The notes under the pieces were generated by a model that was given only the letters and a program-made list of their open reading frames with translations, was not told where the DNA came from and did not search any database. Below, piece by piece: positions 56,928 through 64,000 of a DNA stretch of 64,000 bases; positions within the stretch are counted from its first letter, which is position 1, and every line of letters begins with the position of its first letter. The position numbers and the translations under genes were made by a program. Source of the DNA: the human T2T-CHM13v2.0 reference genome, Homo sapiens; NCBI RefSeq assembly GCF_009914755.1, contig NC_060935.1; one strand, 5' to 3'.

Positions 56928-58268
56928 TTTTAAAGCTGTTCTTTATATAAAAGATAAACTTAAAAAAATACAGTAGAGAATTTTAAACTCCATCCTTTCT
57001 TACCTCATCCAGCTTTCATTGCCTTTCTTTTGATTAGACTCAGGATTCTCTTCAAATTCAGATAAAATAACACTGCCTCCTGAGCTGTGTTAATGACTCT
57101 ATTACTCATTTCCCAGCTAGACTCCAACAGAATTGCAAAGGGCCACCATGCTTGGCCTCTCCACAAAATTGCAAAGACTCTCTCTTATGCCCTGTTCCTC
57201 TACCTTACTTTTTCCAAACTCTTTTCAGAAAAACTGATTCTTCTGACCTATTTTTATTTCCTCACCAAAACAATAACATTCATATGAAACTGATAGTACC
57301 CATAAGGCCTCTCCTTCAGCCCCAGATATGGAAGAGGCAATCTGGGGCTCTACTTTCTTCAGTATGTACACTTCTCTTAATTTAAATATTTAACTTTTGT
57401 AAACAGGTGTTTCACAGTCCTGAGGAATGCTTTAAGCACACAATAAATATTAACTGAAATCAAATCAATTTCTCAGTGCACTAGTTTAAACATGCACATT
57501 CCATTACATGCAGTAAGAATATGATATTGTGGTAATAACACTTTAGTAAAACTGGCACCGTTTTCCTCTAAACAAGGCAAGGTAGAATCAAGCCCTTTAG
57601 GAAATTAAGAGTGAAGGTTCAGGAATGAGAATGCTAATAAACTCAAATGAAATGCTTAGCTTGTCCCTGAACACTGAGAACATGTTTCTTCCTGCCGTTA
57701 TATTCTAGAATTATGAAGAATTACTACACTTTTGTGGACTGATGAATTTATTTAAACTGATCTAGAATGGTAATCTATACTTACTATCCATTTCACCTTA
57801 AACACTGAAAAATTCTAAAAATATAGAGATCTACTTTATTAAAAAAACTTACATAAATATGAAAATATTCCAGAAATACTAAATTAAATCACCATGAAGT
57901 ATAAACTGTAGTCACTGGTCAAATTTCTGAAGACAAAGTGAAGTTGAAGATATCTTTGGCTGCCTCAATACAGGAACATAATCTTTCCATCATGATAGAG
58001 ATCTCAGTCAAGATTTTTTTCAGTTTAAACAAACATTTCATTATTCATATTACTAATAATTTACCATGGCTGGGGTAGGGGCGGGAGAGGAGGGAAGACA
58101 TCCCATTCGTGTCATGAGAATAGGTCTAGAAGTGTAATATTAAATGGAGTATTATTTAACACAGATCCCACGACATCTCATTATATGCATAAAATGATCA
58201 GTATTCTATTTATCAAAGAGAAGGAAGAATTCTTTTCAAATTATTTAAGAAAAAGGAAAAAAAAATAC

Positions 58269-58404
58269 CTATAATACCCTCCGGAAGTACATTTCTTTAT
58301 TCCTTTTATCATCTCTTGATGTGTAATTTTAAACTCCCGTCCTGGAAAGAGAAGTGTGGCCATCACAGCAGCTTTAGAGTGGGTATGAATCACTGCACCT
58401 GCTC
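58269..58404 (-). CDS. APIP: APIP exon 5: (G)[44 protein letters not shown](R)
   Basis: 136 nt; acceptor ttcttcttcctccttcAG, donor GTATTT; HTH Zn-binding motif and QEM motif of MtnB. Confidence 0.98.
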
Positions 58405-58727
58405 CTGAAGGAGGAAGAAGAAAGCCGCATGCTCAATGAAGACTGAATTATAGCTTTTAAAGAAAAAAAGTCCATATAGTTATACTTATATTTACATATG
58501 GTTATGGGCTTATTTTTCCTGGCATGGAATAAGTTGGTAGTAGGCAGGAGGGTAAGTGGAATAATGGACCTTCCTCATAGGTTGATGTGAGAACTGAGTA
58601 AGTTCATGCACTTCAAGTTCTTGCACATGGTGGGTATCCAAGAAATGTTAACTGAAATAATAATTACCATTATTTAGAGGAGCCTACTCTGCAAATATTC
58701 TTTATGTTGAATATATTTTCTGCATAC

Positions 58728-58845
58728 CTCTCATTGTGTAAGCATTCATGAAAAGAGGAGTACACTGGCTTTTTTTTAGCTTCTTCGATGGCGAAGGTCC
58801 ACTTATGTCCTTTTCATTTATATCACAAACAAACATGTCTTCAGG
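58728..58845 (-). CDS. APIP: APIP exon 4: [39 protein letters not shown](G)
   Basis: 118 nt; AG at 58846-58847 after a long pyrimidine tract, donor GTATGC; SQCTPLF motif. Confidence 0.98.
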
Positions 58846-59447
58846 CTATTTATAGAGGGGAAAAAAAGAAAAAAAGAAGGCTTGTAAAATATCAATTAGA
58901 AATGTTCCTTTTCTTGTGTACATATACATAAGAATACAAGAAAGTTTATCTATAGTATACATACTTGTGTGTATATTTAGTATACATATACATAGAGTGC
59001 TAATATATGCATATATTTAACTTACATTTTAAATATATAATTATAGTTTCTCAAAATAATTTAGCAATTTTGAGAAATAAAACAGTGATTTCTACTAGTA
59101 AAAATATTCTCAGAAGTTTAATACAAATCCCAAAAATTAAAAAAAATTTGAAGACAAAAAATGATATGGAAAATTACTATTTATGTAATGATGTTACTGC
59201 TGTCATTTCAACAATTTAGCTTCTCAACTTTGCCCTATAATTTCACAACTGTATTTCAGAAAGCCTATATAAAGAAATCGACATTCCAAAGATGGGTGTT
59301 AAAATTTTTTTCCCCACATTTTGTTAGATAAAAGCAAAATTTTGAGTAATTTTTCTAACCCTTGAGAAATTTAGATGGTACTCAGAAAGGTTAATCTCAA
59401 TAAGGTATATTCTTCTTAAAGCTTAAGAAATTATGTAGATCTACAGG

Positions 59448-59872
59448 TTTTTCTTTTTTTTTTTAACTTTTATTTTAGGTCCAGGGGTACATGTGGAGGT
59501 TTGTTACATAGGTAAATTGCATGTTACAAGAGTCTGGTGTACAGATTATTTTGTCACCCATGTAATAAGCATAGTAACTGACAGCAGTTTTTCCATCCTC
59601 ACTTTCCTCCCACCCTCCACCCTCCAGTAGGTCCCAGTGTGTATTGCTCCCTTCTTTGTGACTGTATGTACTCAATGTTTAGCTCCCACTGTAAGTGAGA
59701 ACATGCGGTATTTGATTTTTCTGTTCCTGCATTAATTCACTTAGGATAATGGTTTCCAGCTCCACTCATGTTGCTGCAAAGGACATGATCTTGTTCTTTA
59801 TTATGGCTGCATACTAATCCATGGTATATATGTACCACATTTTCTTTCGCCAGTCTACTGTTGATGGGTATC
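59448..59872 (-). mobile_element. L1PA 3' end, sense to APIP, in intron 3
   Basis: ttttaacttttattttaggtccaggggtacatgtggaggtttgttacataggtaaattg...taccacattttcttt. Confidence 0.92.
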
Positions 59873-60479
59873 TGATCCACATACAGTAAAGCATGCGTAT
59901 TTCTGTAGCTTTTATCTGCCAGGATTTATTAAAAAACTACAATACAAATGTTTTATTAACAAAGCAGCTTTTCTTTTTTTTCTTGCATTAGAAGTTAAAT
60001 AATTATGTGTTTGCTTTAACTAGATTTGGGGTATTATTCTGGCATTAACACAGAATAAGACTTCTCAAAATTTGAAACAAAGTTTCATAACTTGAAATCC
60101 TGAAATTAGAATAACTTTGCTATTAGGAAATATGAATTAATTTGGTTCATCTGAGACCATCAATCTGATTATTCCACCAGCCTGATAAAGATCGTAGTGT
60201 TATAAAGCTGCAAAGTTATAATTGCTCTTTACTGTGATTTAAGATTGCACTATTCACTTTTGCCCCCTATAGGTTGAATGAGATTTCAAAACATACACCG
60301 GTTGTATGGAAGATATCTACCACCTTACAAAACATTTAATAATTACTCAATAAATGTTTGCTGATTAGTTATTCAAATTGCTATGATAAAATGAATGTTT
60401 TCTCTTAAAATTAATTCCATTTCATAAAACAGTAATTAAGAAGAAAAGACACTGAGGTTAAAGAATCCCATTACCATAC

Positions 60480-60528
60480 CTGAATTCGTTCCTTTTGCAC
60501 TCCTGAAGGAGCAATGTAGATTTCATCG
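60480..60528 (-). CDS. APIP: APIP exon 3: (G)DEIYIAPSGVQKERIQ
   Basis: 49 nt; acceptor ttttgtgttgccAG, donor GTATGG; conserved APSGVQKE motif; frame continuous with exon 4. Confidence 0.97.
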
Positions 60529-63500
60529 CTGGCAACACAAAACATACAAATTGGTATTTATTTATTTCCTGCTTTTGCACAAAGAAAAGTTTGCAGTCCA
60601 ATCATGCATGTTCTTTATAAATCAAGCAATACAGCCAGTTGCTTGATTTAATTATGGATTTTGGCTGCATAGAAAGAAAGCCAAACTACATCAATGCCTT
60701 TGTAGTGCTGGTGGCATTGTAGAATATTAGTTGTTGCTTTTGTCTTCTACGTTTCATATATATTTATTCTTTTTATAGTGCAAAGTTGGTGGTAACCAGG
60801 CTTTTATCCTGTTAGGGGAATAAAAATCTGAAAACATAAGTTTTCAGCGTCTTTAAACATGAATAAGCAGAGTTTAACCTATGTGAAATACAGTTATTCT
60901 AAAATCCAATCTGGAAAATATGCTCAATAGAAGTATATTTCTGTCATGCAAAGAATCAGGTTTGATTTATTGTTTGAAATGCTCTTCTTAAACCATGAAG
61001 TTCAGAGACCTCTGCTGGACAGTTTCTTAAATTACTGTATTAACACTGGGCTACTTTTTGGATAGAATCACATGCTTCCCATTTGAAAAGCATACATATC
61101 TTGGAAAAAAATTTAGTAATAAAGCTAAAACAACTACAAAGAGTTCAAAATATCAGAATGGCTACATGTGAAGATCTCTTTGTTACAGGATGTTGGACTA
61201 AGGGAGATGCTATAGACTACCATTTACCACAAGGTGCTCTCAAATTTGATTTGGAAATTAATTTCAAATCTTCTCTAAATTCCCTCCACCCTCAACAACA
61301 ACTAAACAAACGTCCCTTGGCTCACATATCAGGTTTTTTCTCTTCTCGCTGGATATCTTTGATAACTTACCAGTTTCAGTTGCTGCCAGAGAGTATTAAT
61401 GAGCTACTGCATATATGCAAACCAAGAAAATGCCAGTACCTGCATGCTCTAGTTTCTGCTAGTAAGGCACAGACACAGGGATATTGAACAAATATCAAAC
61501 ATTTCATAGTGTAAATGAGGATGATGGCCTATATACCAAGCTGCTGAAGTTCAGGTTGCTAATAAACCTGTAGGCTTGGAACCGATAAAAATCTAAGGTG
61601 AAATCAAAGTTTCTTTAAGGTTCCACTGATAAAGTCTAGAAAACAAATGTCTGATAATGTGAGTGGAAATCCAATGCACTGTTAGCTGCACGCGAGCATT
61701 TGCTTTCATGAAGTGGCTATTGTTTCCGAGTTCTGCAACATAAGGATAACATAAAGGGACATTCCTCTGCAACCAGTGAGAATGGGTTGGGATCATACTA
61801 TTAACAAGGGCTCTTTGTGAATACCAGTGATCCAAATCTTGTGTCCTTGTGTAACATGGAAGAAGCTCTAGGATGGTACATGGTCCACTCACCTCCACAG
61901 ATAAGTGGACTTGTGGGTCTTCTTATGTGGGGAGAAATTTATGCAGTCCTGGGAATAGACTCAAATAAAGTACAAAATGGTCTGCTGGTAAGTAAAACCC
62001 ATCTATAAAGTAGGAAAACCAAGGGTACTCTGTTTATTCAAGTGACTTGGTATGTTGTAAATGTCTTTGTAAAATGGAAATTAATTTAGACTTTGATGAA
62101 CTTTGGGTAATTAAAAGATTAGCCAAATGTTTTAGAAAAATATATTTACACCTACAAAGAAAGAGATATCTGGATAAAAATATAAAAATGACAGAGCTTT
62201 TTAGAATAGAAACATGCCAAATATTAAAGTGAAATATCTACTTGGTGCTTTAAGCCACAAACAGAAAGCATTTTGAATTTCAAGTTACTAAATTTTGGAA
62301 TATACTTCTCTGTACTCCTGCATTTTCACTGTGGTAAGCAAGGGCCAAACCCCAAGAGGTCAAAATACATCTATGTTCAGTTGCTTCTATTTTTATTTGC
62401 TTTCTGGTCAGTTAAAAAATAATTTAAATCTTATAGTGCCTCAATTATTTTGTCTACAATGTGACTTTATTAATTGTAGTCCTAATCACATGCAACAGGA
62501 TCAGTCTCTCTGACACCTGTCAATATTACTCTGTGAAAACAGGAAATTATAAATTTGAATGATAGCGACCCAACCTAAACACAGTAGCTATTGAGTATCC
62601 TGGAATTGCCTTGATTACTATTATTTTCTTGGTCATTTATTTCCTTCTTCTGACTTAATTTTTGGTACCACATACTTGTAGCATAAGCTGGAATGGTCCA
62701 GTCAAATCTTGGAATTAGTAAATCATTTTATGTTCCCAAAGAGCTTATTGTCTGTATTATTCTGGAAACATAATTTATTGCGTTTGCATTTTATTCCAAA
62801 TTTATTTGCCCTAAGCATCAAAGAGCCAAACTTTCACTAACAACATGAGAATAGTATTGCTGATAATGCTAGTGACTTATTAAGTCATTTAAATATTAGG
62901 GAAAAAAACCAACATTTTACTACAAAATATTCATTTTACTATGTAAAGCACAAATTTAATAAGATTCCAAATACAGTGCCATGTGACTGTGGCTCTTTCC
63001 TTCCATGACCTCCACACCCATTAAGAACTAAGGATAAAGCATTTCACATATATGATGAAAATTTCCTATGAGCTGATTTTAGTGCTATAAAAGCCCATTT
63101 AATTTTAAAAGATGCGCCAATGAGTGGTTTATGGTGGTCACATAAAATGGTAGTGCATGGATTAGTAAAATTCTACTAGAAAGAACATAGTCCTTTATGT
63201 CTTTTTGATCAAAAATATTTCATCTTGAGTCCTGCATTCACCTATTTTTAACTTTGCTAGTTTTTTTAAAGAGCCAGTTGGAAATGGTTATTTTAGCTCA
63301 TTTGGTAGAAAGCTTTATTTTATACATACACAAACTATTTCTGAACATGCAAATAAAAAGCAGTTAACTAAAGACAGCATTTAGAATATGATTTATTATA
63401 AATAATACAGTTGGGAAACTATATTACTGGGACTCAACTTCTAAATGGATACATGAAACAAGAATAAATGTTGTTATCGTAGGATTTGCTGTGAATAGGC

Positions 63501-64000
63501 CATCTTGAAAGTTTTGGCAAAATAATGTGAAAGCTTGAGCAATGCTGTATTTACACATTAGCAACTAGGCTGATGGTAAGAGAGGAGGCACAGATGGATT
63601 TATTGATCTACCATATGGAACATAATCTTACTAGACTGAGAGCATACTTTTATCCCTAACTGTGCCAGTTGTTAACAGAGGAACCTCTTGTCATTTCCCA
63701 ATGTTCAATGAAAATTTCATGAGTTAACTCAGTAATTTAAAGCAGATAAAATTATAATGGCATCATCTTGTGGTGTACCATTGAATCCCTTTTGTTCCCA
63801 ATGTTCTGATTATATTTTACATTCCATTCCTTAATATGCAATGCAGCCTCCTTGGGGGCATGACTATATATATTCAACAGCACATAAATATTTTAATAAT
63901 CCAATTTTGTTAAAGAAAGTGAATTAGAATGAAGTAATAAATCAACATCACTCAATTTAACACACAACCTCCAGACAATAATATTCCTAACACATTTCAG
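60529..64000 (-). other. APIP: APIP intron 2 (partial); upstream exons lie beyond the window
   Basis: No sequence encoding the expected upstream motif (LGWVTGTGGGIS) found in this stretch. Confidence 0.85.

Noticed and set aside
61083-61898. 134-aa (+) and 101-aa (-) ORFs in APIP intron 2
   Set aside because: Non-ATG starts, no recognisable homology, and no match to the expected APIP N-terminal sequence.

Overview
This is primate genomic DNA, most likely human chromosome 11p13. The right end (about 52.3-64 kb) holds the 3' part of APIP (methylthioribulose-1-phosphate dehydratase, mtnB homologue) on the minus strand. Five coding exons with canonical GT-AG junctions splice into one open frame, GDEIYIAPSG...GENGIV*, followed by a short 3' UTR with two AATAAA signals. 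The first exons and promoter lie beyond the window. The remaining ~52 kb has no supportable protein-coding gene; if the human assignment is right, it is the APIP-proximal part of the EHF-APIP intergenic interval. It is densely filled with Alu, L1, L2, MIR, MaLR/ERV LTRs, DNA transposons and two decayed ERVL-type proviruses in opposite orientations. I found no evidence of a new biological system. The most unusual structures visible directly in the sequence are: (1) a TSD-bounded L1 3'-transduction-like cassette at 46943-47529; (2) a ~105-bp copy of nearby unique DNA inserted in an L1 tail at 3992-4098, in a site hit repeatedly by retroelements; (3) an LTR3-like solo LTR with AATAAA, sense to APIP, in the intron after a weak splice donor; (4) a possible far-downstream APIP terminal exon near 23.1-23.3 kb. 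Repeat subfamily names come from recognition of consensus sequences, not from a database search, and repeat boundaries are approximate unless a TSD is given.
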